Below, one piece after another: positions 10,203 to 20,687 of a stretch of DNA of 64,000 nucleotides. The stretch's first letter is position 1. The number at the start of each line of letters is the position of its first letter. Origin of the DNA: Patescibacteria group bacterium (GTDB lineage Bacteria; Patescibacteriota; JABMPQ01; JAHIRA01); NCBI GenBank assembly GCA_018818205.1, contig JAHISJ010000023.1:95103-159102 (forward strand), read 5' to 3'. A model generated the notes under the pieces. The model made no database searches and was not told the DNA's origin. It was given only the letters and a program-made list of their open reading frames with translations. The translations under genes and the position numbers were made by a program.

Positions 10203-11783
10203 ATGGATATTCATAAAGCAAAAGCAACTCTTATTAATGCGGCAGTTGTCTTGGCACTCTTTTCTTTTGTAAGCAGAGTACTTGGAGTGCTCCGGGATAG
10301 AATCATTGCATCAAAATTTGGTGCCGTTGGCACTGTTGATGCCTATTACGCTGCATTTAGAATACCTGATTTTGTGTTTAACCTCTTAATTTTGGGAGCT
10401 CTTTCTAGTGCGTTTGTGCCGGTGTTTACGTCATACCTGGCACACAACAATAAAAAGAAGGCGTTTGAAACAGCAAACAGTCTAATAAATCTTACCCTTG
10501 TTGTGCTTGTTGTGGTTTCTGCGATTTTATATATTGCTATGCCGTATGTGGTTTCGCTTATTACTGCGGGGTTTGATAGTGAGCTCAGAGAATTAACGGT
10601 AAAGCTCTCTCGCATACTGCTCCTCTCCCCAATATTTTTTGGCCTTTCAAACATTCTCTCGGGTATATTAAATTCATTTAAGCGGTTTACTGCATACGCT
10701 CTTGCACCTATTTTCTATAACATCGGTATTATTATTGGCGCATATTTTCTAACTGATTTATGGGGAATTTATGGACTGGTTGTTGGTGTTATTATCGGTT
10801 CCATTGCACATTTTCTTGTCCAGCTCCCAAGCGCTATTAAGTGTGGCTTTAAATATGCATTCTATATTCGTTTTCACGAGGGTGTAAAAAAGATTGGGAA
10901 GCTTATGATTCCAAGAACAGTTGGCATAGGCATGATGCAGATAAATCTGTTCGTAACGACCTCTATAGCAACAACACTTCCGGAGGGAAGTGTTACCATC
11001 TTTAATCTAGCAAACAACGTGCATAGCTTTCCCATAGGTATTTTTGGAATATCGTTTGCGCTTTCCGCGTTTCCTTTTCTTGCTGAGGCGGTATCTAAAA
11101 ATGATGCTAAAGGATTTAAGTATTACTTTGCTAATGCTTTTTCAAAAATACTGATTTTCATTATTCCCTTAAGTATCTTGATTTGGATCCTAAGGGAGCA
11201 GATTATTCGAATCTTTTTTGGCGCAGGTAATTTTGATTGGACTGCAACACTTATTACTGCTCAGACACTTGGATACTTTGCCATGGGGCTTTTTGCTTCA
11301 GCGCTTATTCCACTTATCGCTCGTGCGTTTTATGCGACGCACAATACTAAAACTCCTGTAATAATAAGTGTGGTAAGCATGGTTATAAACATTGCGGCAA
11401 GCCTTTTACTTGCACCGCGCATGGGTGTTCCTGGGCTTGCTCTGGCATATTCTATAGCTGCAATTATTCAGTGTGTTCTTCTCTTTATTTTTCTTCGTCA
11501 AAAAGCAGGCTCTCTTGATGGGAAAAGGCTCTTTAATCAATTTGTAAAAATACTGGCTGCAGGTGTGGTACTCTATATAGTAGCTGCAGGTATAATGGAA
11601 CTTTCCAAATACGTTTTTGATCTTAAAACGTTTATGGGAGTCTTTCTTGAAACAAGTATTGTTACTGTTTCTTCTGCGGTGCTTTACGTGTTCTTACTCT
11701 ATCTCTTTAAAGATGAGGAAGTTCGCGCTATGATAGAGGGAGTGGTAGTCAAGATAAAAAAACTAAAGAAAAAGAATGGTTGA
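10203..11783 (+). CDS. murJ: Lipid II flippase MurJ (copy 1)
   Basis: SRVLGVLRD, DAYYAAFRIPD, GALSSAFVPVF, RAFYA..NTKTP. Confidence 0.95.
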   Translation: MDIHKAKATLINAAVVLALFSFVSRVLGVLRDRIIASKFGAVGTVDAYYAAFRIPDFVFNLLILGALSSAFVPVFTSYLAHNNKKKAFETANSLINLTLVVLVVVSAILYIAMPYVVSLITAGFDSELRELTVKLSRILLLSPIFFGLSNILSGILNSFKRFTAYALAPIFYNIGIIIGAYFLTDLWGIYGLVVGVIIGSIAHFLVQLPSAIKCGFKYAFYIRFHEGVKKIGKLMIPRTVGIGMMQINLFVTTSIATTLPEGSVTIFNLANNVHSFPIGIFGISFALSAFPFLAEAVSKNDAKGFKYYFANAFSKILIFIIPLSILIWILREQIIRIFFGAGNFDWTATLITAQTLGYFAMGLFASALIPLIARAFYATHNTKTPVIISVVSMVINIAASLLLAPRMGVPGLALAYSIAAIIQCVLLFIFLRQKAGSLDGKRLFNQFVKILAAGVVLYIVAAGIMELSKYVFDLKTFMGVFLETSIVTVSSAVLYVFLLYLFKDEEVRAMIEGVVVKIKKLKKKNG

Positions 11784-12711
11784 AGATTTTTTTCGTGAAA
11801 TGTTCACAAGCTCAAAAACGTATTTTGATCAAGTTGCTATAGAGTTGCCCAGGTACCTGATGGCCTTTATTATATTTACCGTCTTTTGGGGTATTTCACG
11901 TCTTCAAAGAATAATGTCGACAAAAGTAATAGACAGGATAGAAAATGATTCTAGGAAGGCCTATTCAATCCTTATTGCACGGGTAACGCGTATTGCATTA
12001 GTGTTTATTGGTGCGGTGATTGGTCTCTCAATCATTGGTGTTAACTGGACGGCGCTCGCAACCGGTTTTGGACTGGTTGGTTTTGGCATTAGCTTCGCGT
12101 TTAAAGATTATTTGGAAAACTTCTTAGGTGGTGTCATTGTCTTAACACAAAGGCCATTTATTATTGGAGACCAGGTGCATATTGGTGAAACGCATGGCAT
12201 TGTTCAAAGAATTTCTACCAGATATACAGTGATTAAAGATTTTGACAATAAGCAGGTCACTGTTCCAAACTCAGAAATGCTCAAAAAATCAGTAATCAAA
12301 GACAATGCATATGGCAGAAAACGATATGAGGTAGAATTTGAGCTTGACTACAAAACCGATCTAAAAAAGGCATTGACTAAAGGGCTTACTGTAGTACAAA
12401 AGAGTGTAGGAGTGCTTACCAAACCAAAACCGCGTGGAGTAATTACTGATTTCAAAGATCATATTGTGCTTTTACGGTATTATTTTTGGGCACATCCAAG
12501 GGAGGTATATGAATTCTCCGTTCGTTCAAAAATAAGACAAAACATGCTTACATTTTTTGAGAATGAAAATATTAAGCTTGGGGTAAAAACGTCGGCAGTT
12601 ATTTCAAAAAATAAGCGTGTGTTTGATGATCGGGAAACGCCTGGAAAAAGGAAAAAAGAAGAAGATGACATACCAATTGAGGAAGATACTAGTGAATTAT
12701 TTGATGCGTAA
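11776..12711 (+). CDS. MscS-family mechanosensitive channel
   Basis: GISFAFKDYLENFLGG, RPFIIGD, VTVPNS. Confidence 0.9.
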   Translation: MVEDFFREMFTSSKTYFDQVAIELPRYLMAFIIFTVFWGISRLQRIMSTKVIDRIENDSRKAYSILIARVTRIALVFIGAVIGLSIIGVNWTALATGFGLVGFGISFAFKDYLENFLGGVIVLTQRPFIIGDQVHIGETHGIVQRISTRYTVIKDFDNKQVTVPNSEMLKKSVIKDNAYGRKRYEVEFELDYKTDLKKALTKGLTVVQKSVGVLTKPKPRGVITDFKDHIVLLRYYFWAHPREVYEFSVRSKIRQNMLTFFENENIKLGVKTSAVISKNKRVFDDRETPGKRKKEEDDIPIEEDTSELFDA

Positions 12712-14502
12712 ATGAAATCATTAGAGAACGTTCGTAATTTTAGCATTATAGCCCACATTGATCACGGAAAATCAACACTTGCTGATCGGTTTTTGGAAAT
12801 AACAAAAACTATTTCAAAGCGAGACATGAAGGATCAGCTCCTAGATCAAATGGATTTAGAACGAGAGAAGGGAATTACTATCAAGCTTGCACCGGTTACC
12901 ATGGAATATACTGGTAGTGATGGAAAAGAGTATATATTGAATCTTATTGATACGCCAGGTCACGTAGACTTTTCGTATGAGGTCTCAAGAAGCCTTGCCT
13001 GTTGTGAGGGAGCTCTACTACTTGTTGATGCTTCACAAGGAATACAAGCACAGACACTCTCTAACCTATACTTAGCGATTGAGCATGACCTAGAAATTAT
13101 TCCGGTGATAAATAAGATCGACCATCCTAACGCAAATGTTGAGCTTGTTGAAAATGAAATAAAGAACATTGTTGGTGTAAAAAGTGATGAGATCTATAAA
13201 ATAAGTGCAAAAACGGGTGAGGGTGTTCAGGATCTTTTGCAAGCTGTTTTAAAAAAAGTCCCTCCACCAGAAAAGATTGAAGGTAAAACAAAAGCACTCA
13301 TCTTTGATTCAGTGTACGACAATTTTCAAGGAGTAATTGCGTATGTTCGTGTATTTTCAGGATCAATCAAGCGTGATGATATAGTAACTTTTCTGCAAAC
13401 GCAGTCAGAGATCAAGCCCGGTGAGGTTGGTATTTTTACACCCAAAAGGCACAAACAAGACGTGCTTGAGATGGGAAGCGTGGGGTATGTTGTTACTGGG
13501 TTAAAGAAGTTGCAAGACTGTAAAGTGGGTGATACTCTTGCGACATCAAAAGAGGCAAAACCACTTCCCGGCTACAAAAAGATGCAACCTATGGTGTATG
13601 CAAGTTTTTACCCAGTTGACGCGGATGATTTTCCGACATTCAAGGAAGCATTAGAAAAACTTAGCTTAAATGATGCATCTATAACGTATGATTTTGAAAA
13701 CTCTAAAGCACTGGGAAGGGGCTTTAGATGTGGTTTCCTTGGTCTCTTACATTTAGAGATTATCCAGGAGCGGCTAAAGAGAGAGTTCGATTTGGATATG
13801 GTTATTACAGTACCAACGGTTGCCTATACTATTGTACTAAAAGATGGAACAGAAAAAGAAATAATGAATCCTGCTGAATTTCCAGATCCATCAAACGTAA
13901 TTGAAATCAAAGAGCCATGGGCATCCGTAGACGTCATTGTTCCTACAGAGAAGATCGGAAGAATTATGGAGCTTATACAAGCCTATAGAGGTGTGTATAA
14001 AAATACTGAGTACCTTGATCCAACCAGAGCGCTTTTGCATTATGAGCTGCCTCTCTCTAGCATTATCTCTGACTTTTATGATAAACTTAAGAGTGCCTCT
14101 TCTGGATATGCGTCACTCAGCTATGAAGTACTTGATGAGAAAAGACCATCTGCCTTGGTTAAGCTTGATATACTCATTGCTGGAGAGACGGTAGAGGCTT
14201 TTTCCAAATTTGTGCCAAAAGATGAAGCGCAGCATGAGGGGAGAGAACTGGTAGGACGGTTAAAAGATGTTATTCCTAAAAAGAATTTTCTCATTCCTGT
14301 GCAGGCCGCAGTTGGGAGCACTGTCATTGCCAGAGAAAACATTAGGCCATATAGAAAAGACGTTACCTCAAAACTCTACGGAGGAGATATCACCAGAAAA
14401 AGAAAACTACTTGAGAAACAAAAGAAAGGAAAACAGAAAATGAAACAAATGGGTGACGTTGATATTCCGCAGGAAGCATTTTTAGCAGTATTAAAAAAAT
14501 AA
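12712..14502 (+). CDS. lepA: Translation elongation factor 4
   Basis: RNFSIIAHIDHGKSTLADR, GFLGLLH, LYGGDITRKRKLLEKQK. Confidence 0.99.
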   Translation: MKSLENVRNFSIIAHIDHGKSTLADRFLEITKTISKRDMKDQLLDQMDLEREKGITIKLAPVTMEYTGSDGKEYILNLIDTPGHVDFSYEVSRSLACCEGALLLVDASQGIQAQTLSNLYLAIEHDLEIIPVINKIDHPNANVELVENEIKNIVGVKSDEIYKISAKTGEGVQDLLQAVLKKVPPPEKIEGKTKALIFDSVYDNFQGVIAYVRVFSGSIKRDDIVTFLQTQSEIKPGEVGIFTPKRHKQDVLEMGSVGYVVTGLKKLQDCKVGDTLATSKEAKPLPGYKKMQPMVYASFYPVDADDFPTFKEALEKLSLNDASITYDFENSKALGRGFRCGFLGLLHLEIIQERLKREFDLDMVITVPTVAYTIVLKDGTEKEIMNPAEFPDPSNVIEIKEPWASVDVIVPTEKIGRIMELIQAYRGVYKNTEYLDPTRALLHYELPLSSIISDFYDKLKSASSGYASLSYEVLDEKRPSALVKLDILIAGETVEAFSKFVPKDEAQHEGRELVGRLKDVIPKKNFLIPVQAAVGSTVIARENIRPYRKDVTSKLYGGDITRKRKLLEKQKKGKQKMKQMGDVDIPQEAFLAVLKK

Positions 14503-14604
14503 GTATGCATAAAAAGATAAAAAAGGCGCTTTTGATCCTCTTCGTTGCGTTTATCACGCTATCAATGATCGCGTGGCTTGTTATGCCTGCCTTCTACTAA
14601 ACGT

Positions 14605-15162
14605 ATGTTTAGGGACCCAATCAGTAACAATTTGAAAGAAGATGAGGAGATAGATGAGATTATCAGAAAACACTGGGGGAGCTTCATTAAGCAGGTGGTG
14701 GTCACTTTTGTTCTGCTTGTCCTTCCTTTTTTCTTTATCGTTTTTTTCTTCTCTCGGTGGTGGACTATGCTTATCTTTTTCATCTGGGTGACAGTTGGTA
14801 TTTCGTACGGGATATATCAGTGGCTCATGTGGTATCTTGATTCACTTATTTTAACCAATCAGCGAGTTATTAATATTGATCAAAAGAGTCTGTTTTCTAA
14901 ATCTGTGGCAGAAATTCCACTTGAACATATTCAAGATATTACGTACGAGATTGATGGAATAGCAGCATCACTATTTGGATTTGGCATGTTAAACGTTGCG
15001 TCAGAAGGAGGAAATGGTATGCGGGTAAAGAACGTAGCGAATCCACAGGAAATTCAAGAGCTAATATTTGATTTAAAAATTGCGGCAGATTTAACGGTTT
15101 CTGCAGAGGAGCTTGTTGAGTTAATACAAGAATCAAGAGATAATGCGAAAAAAAAGAAATAG
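14605..15162 (+). CDS. Membrane protein with bacterial PH (bPH_2)-like domain
   Basis: IIRKHW, two TMs, ILTNQRVI..Q..LF, IQDI; start chosen at ATG 14605. Confidence 0.75.
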   Translation: MFRDPISNNLKEDEEIDEIIRKHWGSFIKQVVVTFVLLVLPFFFIVFFFSRWWTMLIFFIWVTVGISYGIYQWLMWYLDSLILTNQRVINIDQKSLFSKSVAEIPLEHIQDITYEIDGIAASLFGFGMLNVASEGGNGMRVKNVANPQEIQELIFDLKIAADLTVSAEELVELIQESRDNAKKKK

Positions 15163-15562
15163 TTCAAATTCACTTTTCAAAGCGCTCTTTAGCTCAAAGA
15201 TCGTGGTGTTTATTGGGTTTATTTTGCTCGTGCTTGTCTCTGTAGCTCTCACAAAAGAGCTTATGAGAAAGCATAATGTAAATAACGAGATAGAAGAGGT
15301 AAAGAAAGAAATAGATAGACTAGAGAGACGAAACGCAGAATTATCTTCTCTTATTGATTATTTACGAACTGATTCGTTTAAAGAAATTCAGGCTAGGCAA
15401 AGCTTAGGGATGCAAAAAGATGGGGAGACCTCTGTTGCTATCACTGAGCCGGTTACGCCAAATACAGACATACCAGAGGTGCCTGAGATCAATGAAAAAA
15501 CCCTTGAAGCAGAAGGGTCAAATGTTTCTAAGTGGTGGAACTACTTTTTTAAAAAAAGGTAA
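15143..15562 (+). CDS. Septum formation initiator (FtsB/DivIC-like)
   Basis: TM plus coiled coil, EIQARQSLGMQKDGE, C-terminal WWNYFF. Confidence 0.8.
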   Translation: MRKKRNSSNSLFKALFSSKIVVFIGFILLVLVSVALTKELMRKHNVNNEIEEVKKEIDRLERRNAELSSLIDYLRTDSFKEIQARQSLGMQKDGETSVAITEPVTPNTDIPEVPEINEKTLEAEGSNVSKWWNYFFKKR

Positions 15563-15565
15563 GAT

Positions 15566-16579
15566 ATGGTTAAGGAAAACAAAAAAGAAGAGCTCGATTT
15601 TTCTAAGCCCAAGATGAGTAAGAGAATTGTTCATTGGGTACTTATTGTGTTTGTGATTGTTATTCTTGCTTTTGCTGGTCTTGGCGTAGTAGTCTATGGT
15701 TTTATCTCTGCTCCATCGCTTGCAAAGCCTATTGCTCAGTACATTCCTTTTCCACAAGCTATTGCTCAAGGAACGTGGGTTCGGTTGAGTGATGTTTCTA
15801 ATGCGGTAGAAGGGCTAAGACATTTTCGTACGTATGAGACTATGATTACAGGCGAGGAACAGGGAGAACAAATGAGTAATGCTAAATATCAGCAAATGGT
15901 TCTTGCACGAATGATAGACGATGCACTCATTGCAAAGCAGCTAGAAAAATATTCAGCACTCGTTTCTAAAGAAGAGGTTAATGACGAGCTAGCGCGTGTA
16001 CAAGAAAATCTTGGAAATGACATTGATTTAGAGACGCACGTGCAAGAACTGTATGGGTGGACCAAGGAAGATTTTATTAAGTATGCAGTGAAACCTGCAC
16101 TTCAGGAAAAAAAGCTTAAAGATCTTTACATGAGCAATGAATCATTAGGGAGCGAGCATAAAAACGATGCCGAGATTAAAAAGAGAGCACTTGAGGTATT
16201 AGCGCTCGCCAAGAATGGGTCAGATTTTAATACTCTTGCATCTGAGCATAGTGAAGATGTGTATACCCGTGATTTAGAAGGAGACTTAGGTACTATTTCT
16301 AGAGGATACATGCCCGAGTCATTTGATGAAGTTGCTTTTGAACTACAAGAAGGAGAAGTGAGTGATCTCGTACGTACGGAATACGGTTACCACATTATTT
16401 ATGCAGAGGAAGTGCAAGAAAACAATGGAGAAAAGGAAATTCATGTACGGCACATACTTTTCTTAGTTGATGATACTTTTGACTCATGGCTTGCTGACCA
16501 AAAAAAGGCTCAGAACGTATATATTTTTGGCAAAGATATTTCCTGGAATAAAAATGAGTCTTTGGTAGAGATAAAATAA
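15566..16579 (+). CDS. PrsA/SurA-type peptidyl-prolyl isomerase
   Basis: SurA-N-like region plus parvulin domain (F..LA.EHSED, GDLG, TEYGYHII). Confidence 0.9.
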   Translation: MVKENKKEELDFSKPKMSKRIVHWVLIVFVIVILAFAGLGVVVYGFISAPSLAKPIAQYIPFPQAIAQGTWVRLSDVSNAVEGLRHFRTYETMITGEEQGEQMSNAKYQQMVLARMIDDALIAKQLEKYSALVSKEEVNDELARVQENLGNDIDLETHVQELYGWTKEDFIKYAVKPALQEKKLKDLYMSNESLGSEHKNDAEIKKRALEVLALAKNGSDFNTLASEHSEDVYTRDLEGDLGTISRGYMPESFDEVAFELQEGEVSDLVRTEYGYHIIYAEEVQENNGEKEIHVRHILFLVDDTFDSWLADQKKAQNVYIFGKDISWNKNESLVEIK

Positions 16580-16622
16580 TTGTGAGATAAAAGGAGTACA
16601 CACTGTCTTGTTGTGTTTTTTT

Positions 16623-17852
16623 ATGGCAAAAGAAGGTAACAAACAAGAGAGAAATAGTGCATTAAAGAGAAACTTTTCTAGAATGTTTTGGATTCGTCTG
16701 TTTTTTGATGTGCGCTTCTTGCATGTGGTAAGTGTGTTGTTCTATCTGCATCGTGGGTTAACGCTTGAAGAAGTTTTCTATCTCGCTATAGTGTGGTCGG
16801 TTGTATCACTTATTTCTGAGGTTCCCTCAAGTTATATGGCAGATAAATGGGGAAGAAAAAAGACACTTATCTTGGGTACTCTTTTTGTGAATCTCCATTG
16901 GATTATCTACTTTTTTGCATGGGACTTTGTGTGGTTTGCAGTAGGGGTAGGGCTTGTTTCCTTGAGCTATTCCTTTTTCTCCGGCACAGATGAAGCACTT
17001 ATTTATGATACAGGTAGAGAGCTTAAAAAAGAGGGAAAAAGCCTAAAACGATTTGGAAAATACTATTCTGCGCGGCACTTAGCAAAAGTATTCACGCCGG
17101 TTATTGGTGCACTTATTGCTAGAAACTTACTCGAGTGGCAGTTTCAAACACTCATCATCCTTGATTTGATTGCGACAATGGTAAGTTTAGTAATTGCTTT
17201 TAGGATTGTTGAACCTAAACACTTCTATAAAGTGGAAAAGCAAGAGGCAGGTATTATTCTTGATGCCATAAATATAATTAGAGCTAACTGGGTTTTTGTT
17301 AAGGCCATTTTGAGTCGAGTATTAATTTTTATTGCAACATTTATAGCATGGCGGTATCATCAGAAGTTTTTTGTAGATATTAATATTTCGATTTTGACTA
17401 TAGGCATCATGTATGGAGTAACTCAGCTATGCGGGTTTATTTTTAATCAAAAGGCACATTTGTTTTTACCTAAAGTAACTCTTAGAAAAAAGATAAATGT
17501 GTTTAATGGTATTGTCACGTTTTTTATTTTTCTTTTTGTGATGTGTTATTTTTTCTTCTTTAATAATTATCTTCTTTTGATTTTCTATTCCGCGTTTGTT
17601 TTCTTTGAGCTTGCCAGGTGGCCCATGTATTCTGAGTGGTTTAATAAGAATATTAAGTCATATAATCGTGCTACAACTCTATCCCTTGCCAATTTTCTAA
17701 AAGGCGTTCTAGATATTCCTATTTTATTTTTGGGTGCATATTTAATCGGTATGGGAATGATTTATCCGTATATCTTGAGTCTTGCATTGGCAGTAGTTGT
17801 CGTACTCTTTTTTAGGCTTCCAAAAAAGGTTGAAAAAGGAGCTAAAGTGTAA
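16623..17852 (+). CDS. MFS transporter
   Basis: EVPSSYMADKWGRKK motif A, SGTDEALIYD, RATTLS; about 12 TMs. Confidence 0.9.
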   Translation: MAKEGNKQERNSALKRNFSRMFWIRLFFDVRFLHVVSVLFYLHRGLTLEEVFYLAIVWSVVSLISEVPSSYMADKWGRKKTLILGTLFVNLHWIIYFFAWDFVWFAVGVGLVSLSYSFFSGTDEALIYDTGRELKKEGKSLKRFGKYYSARHLAKVFTPVIGALIARNLLEWQFQTLIILDLIATMVSLVIAFRIVEPKHFYKVEKQEAGIILDAINIIRANWVFVKAILSRVLIFIATFIAWRYHQKFFVDINISILTIGIMYGVTQLCGFIFNQKAHLFLPKVTLRKKINVFNGIVTFFIFLFVMCYFFFFNNYLLLIFYSAFVFFELARWPMYSEWFNKNIKSYNRATTLSLANFLKGVLDIPILFLGAYLIGMGMIYPYILSLALAVVVVLFFRLPKKVEKGAKV

Positions 17853-17981
17853 GTCTCATAGAGCCTCGAAACGGTTACCTAGCTAATTTTTATTTGACTT
17901 TTGAATAATTTAGCGTTAAATGAGTAGTGTTGACCTTTTTACTAGGGGGAATGTGCAAAATTTCTGCAGCAGGAGGTAAAA

Positions 17982-18887
17982 GTGGCCGTACAGAAGAAAA
18001 GCGTTTCAAGAGCAAATTATAGAATGCTCGCGCTTCTGTTTTTGGTGATTGTTTTGTTGTTAATAATTATTTTTGCATCAAGCGGTGACAAAAATTTAGA
18101 GCCGTATGCAGCGCCGATTGTTCAAAAAACGCCACGTGACGATTTCTCTCACCCCTCGTTCTCGGGTAGAGTACCACAAGCAAAAAAAATGTTTAGAAAA
18201 AAGTTTTCTCGTAAAAAAGAGACGAAAAAGCTTACTAAAAAAAAGCAGACTCAGTTTAAAAAAAAGGCACTTGACTGGTGTTATGCACTTGCCAAAAAGA
18301 CAATGGATACCGTTAAGGAAAATCCTTTAAAACATGGTTTAATCTCGTATGATATGATTTATAATGCAGGCAACCCTGAAAAACAAAAAAAGGAATGGGG
18401 GAGCATAGAATCACGACTGAGAAAGATTAAGGACTCTTGTGGTGCATATTCAAAAAGGCCATGGAAAGAACTTGCGACATCATTAATAAACCGTGTCGCA
18501 TTGATTAGATATTCAAATATGCTTTGTCATGAGGCAAAGAAAATTTGCGTTAAGTATCCAAAATGGTTTTCTCATCAAAACTTCAAAGGTCTTCTTAGAG
18601 CTAAAGATTTGCAAAAACTTAATTCTAAATGTAAGCCGTATACAACATTAAAATGTCCAAATAAGGCTGACAAAACGTTTTTAGATTTTAGAAAGTCACT
18701 CCATTCCAGCGTTAATAAAGCAGGGCTGCCGATGACTGCTTTTACTGATAAAGTTGCACATACATACAAAGGTAGATTTTTTGATTTTACAAAACATTTC
18801 TTGAAGAAGGGTACACCCAGATTGTGGTGTTTCTCCAGTGGTAGAACGTATTCAGAAAAGTTGAAACGATGCATTGCTAAGAAATAA
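17982..18887 (+). CDS. Orphan Lys-rich membrane-anchored protein with 8 Cys
   Basis: 301-aa ORF, GTG start, AGGAGG at 17971-17976, N-terminal TM, followed by terminator. Confidence 0.8.
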   Translation: MAVQKKSVSRANYRMLALLFLVIVLLLIIIFASSGDKNLEPYAAPIVQKTPRDDFSHPSFSGRVPQAKKMFRKKFSRKKETKKLTKKKQTQFKKKALDWCYALAKKTMDTVKENPLKHGLISYDMIYNAGNPEKQKKEWGSIESRLRKIKDSCGAYSKRPWKELATSLINRVALIRYSNMLCHEAKKICVKYPKWFSHQNFKGLLRAKDLQKLNSKCKPYTTLKCPNKADKTFLDFRKSLHSSVNKAGLPMTAFTDKVAHTYKGRFFDFTKHFLKKGTPRLWCFSSGRTYSEKLKRCIAKK

Positions 18888-18911
18888 AAACTGTTGTATA
18901 TACATTGTTTG

Positions 18912-18944
18912 AGGCTCTCGTAAGAACCATGAGAGCCTTTTTTT
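18912..18944 (+). terminator. Intrinsic terminator
   Basis: AGGCTCTC-N11-GAGAGCCT followed by a T run. Confidence 0.8.
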
Positions 18945-18968
18945 ATTGGAAATGTGGATAGCTCGTCA

Positions 18969-18997
18969 TTGTATTCTTGGGCTATAAGATGTACAAT
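18969..18997 (+). promoter_or_regulatory. Putative sigma70 promoter for 19058
   Basis: TTGTAT-N17-TACAAT. Confidence 0.55.
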
Positions 18998-19057
18998 ACA
19001 AATGTTGCTCTTTTCACATTAATGCAAATAAAAATATTTGCTTGGAGGACTTGAAAG

Positions 19058-20623
19058 TTGTTTAGAAAAAAAATTGGGCTCGTTGCCCTTTTAGCTACTG
19101 TTATTTTTTCGGCGTGCCAAATGGGTATGCCGCCACAAGAAGAAGCACAAAAGGCATTAGGACAAAAAACGAGTAGTTGTACGGTGTCTGCCCCTATCGT
19201 GAAAGGGGTACAAGAAGTTACTACTGACGTTGACCCATATAAAAATTTATACAGGTTTGTTACGCACGAAGATCTTGAGTTACGCGCCCAACTCTATGAT
19301 ACTCAGGTTAACGATCCCAGTGAGCCGGTTACCCCAGCGGGGTTCCGGATGCATGAGTTCAATAGAACCACGCTTACATCGGGAGCGCACATAAGTGCAA
19401 ACCAGTTTGACTGTGGGGCCCTGGGATGTATGATTCCGATCATGTGGCAAGTTATTACGCGTTATCCGGGAGGAAATATTGACGCGAATAGGCTCTATGG
19501 TCCTGACCCCATCCATGCGCTGAACGATGGATGGGAGTGCAAACTGCGTCCAGAGCGGATCGAAAAACAGGGTAATGGTTATGTCGTCACCGCTCTTGCC
19601 CCCGAGATTACTTTGAGCAGTTGTATTAATCAGTTGATGCATGGACAGCAACCAACTGCCAATTGCATATACATGGCGACCAAGGTTTCTCATACCGAGG
19701 GTACGCTGTATCCCATGGTTGTCTATGGAACAGTCAGCAATAAAATTCTTATCAAGCGAAGTGCCTCATCAGAGTTTGAGGTTGCTATTGCACCTCATAC
19801 GCCTCAAGAGGTTGCCCTGCTCAAAGAGTGGGAAGTTGTTTATGAATTTGGTGCCTGGTGGCCGGGCCGATGGGTCGTCATCAATCTTACGCCTGGTGTA
19901 AGAACCACTAAAGCATATGTGATGCCCATGGGGATAGCGCCTGGCTACCATGATGGTACTCGCCACAAGACAGTGGAAGGCCTTGTTTTTGCACGAAACA
20001 TTAAAGATCTTTTCTGTTTTAGTAATCCACAGGATTATGGCCCGTTCTGCCTACCCTATGCAGTGTTCATTGATCCTAATATTTCCCCAGAGGATAAGGT
20101 TCAATATATTCAAAGAAATATGGTTGACATTCCAATGGGTGGCAACCGGTGGGAAGCAGAGCTTGTAAGCATTGACCACAAAATTGTTAATGGATTTATT
20201 GTTAAAAGAGGCGGACTGATTTCAACAGTGGTTACCAGTAAACCACTTCCAACCGATACGTATCCTCCGGAAGTGACTGGTGCCATTCTTACTCAGGTTC
20301 AAGCCTACAACGCAATGGACCCTGTTGAAGCTGGAATCATTTTGCCAACAAACCGGCTTGTCTGGAGCGGGAGTAAGCAAAAATTTGTTCAAATTCGTTT
20401 AGGACACGGTGGACTTTTTCGGTGGTTCTCATCATTCCTTGGGGAACCAGAAAAGCTTTCCGATGGATCTCACTTTGTGCCGCTTGCGTCAAACCAGCAG
20501 TATGACTTGGTGTTCACGGATCCCTTCGCGCAGTACGGTGATTTGACAGGTAACATTCATAACGGGGGGCTGAGGATTTTTCTCAATCTAAACCTCGTTT
20601 CGAACCTGCCGCTTTTCAACTAA
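19058..20623 (+). CDS. Orphan predicted lipoprotein
   Basis: 521-aa ORF, TTG start, GGAGG at 19044-19048, signal peptide ending IFSA|C. Confidence 0.8.
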   Translation: MFRKKIGLVALLATVIFSACQMGMPPQEEAQKALGQKTSSCTVSAPIVKGVQEVTTDVDPYKNLYRFVTHEDLELRAQLYDTQVNDPSEPVTPAGFRMHEFNRTTLTSGAHISANQFDCGALGCMIPIMWQVITRYPGGNIDANRLYGPDPIHALNDGWECKLRPERIEKQGNGYVVTALAPEITLSSCINQLMHGQQPTANCIYMATKVSHTEGTLYPMVVYGTVSNKILIKRSASSEFEVAIAPHTPQEVALLKEWEVVYEFGAWWPGRWVVINLTPGVRTTKAYVMPMGIAPGYHDGTRHKTVEGLVFARNIKDLFCFSNPQDYGPFCLPYAVFIDPNISPEDKVQYIQRNMVDIPMGGNRWEAELVSIDHKIVNGFIVKRGGLISTVVTSKPLPTDTYPPEVTGAILTQVQAYNAMDPVEAGIILPTNRLVWSGSKQKFVQIRLGHGGLFRWFSSFLGEPEKLSDGSHFVPLASNQQYDLVFTDPFAQYGDLTGNIHNGGLRIFLNLNLVSNLPLFN

Positions 20624-20687
20624 ACTGGTAACCTAGGCTAAAAAAAGAGCAACACTGACAAAGAACATAATCGAAGGCCCTGTCTTA

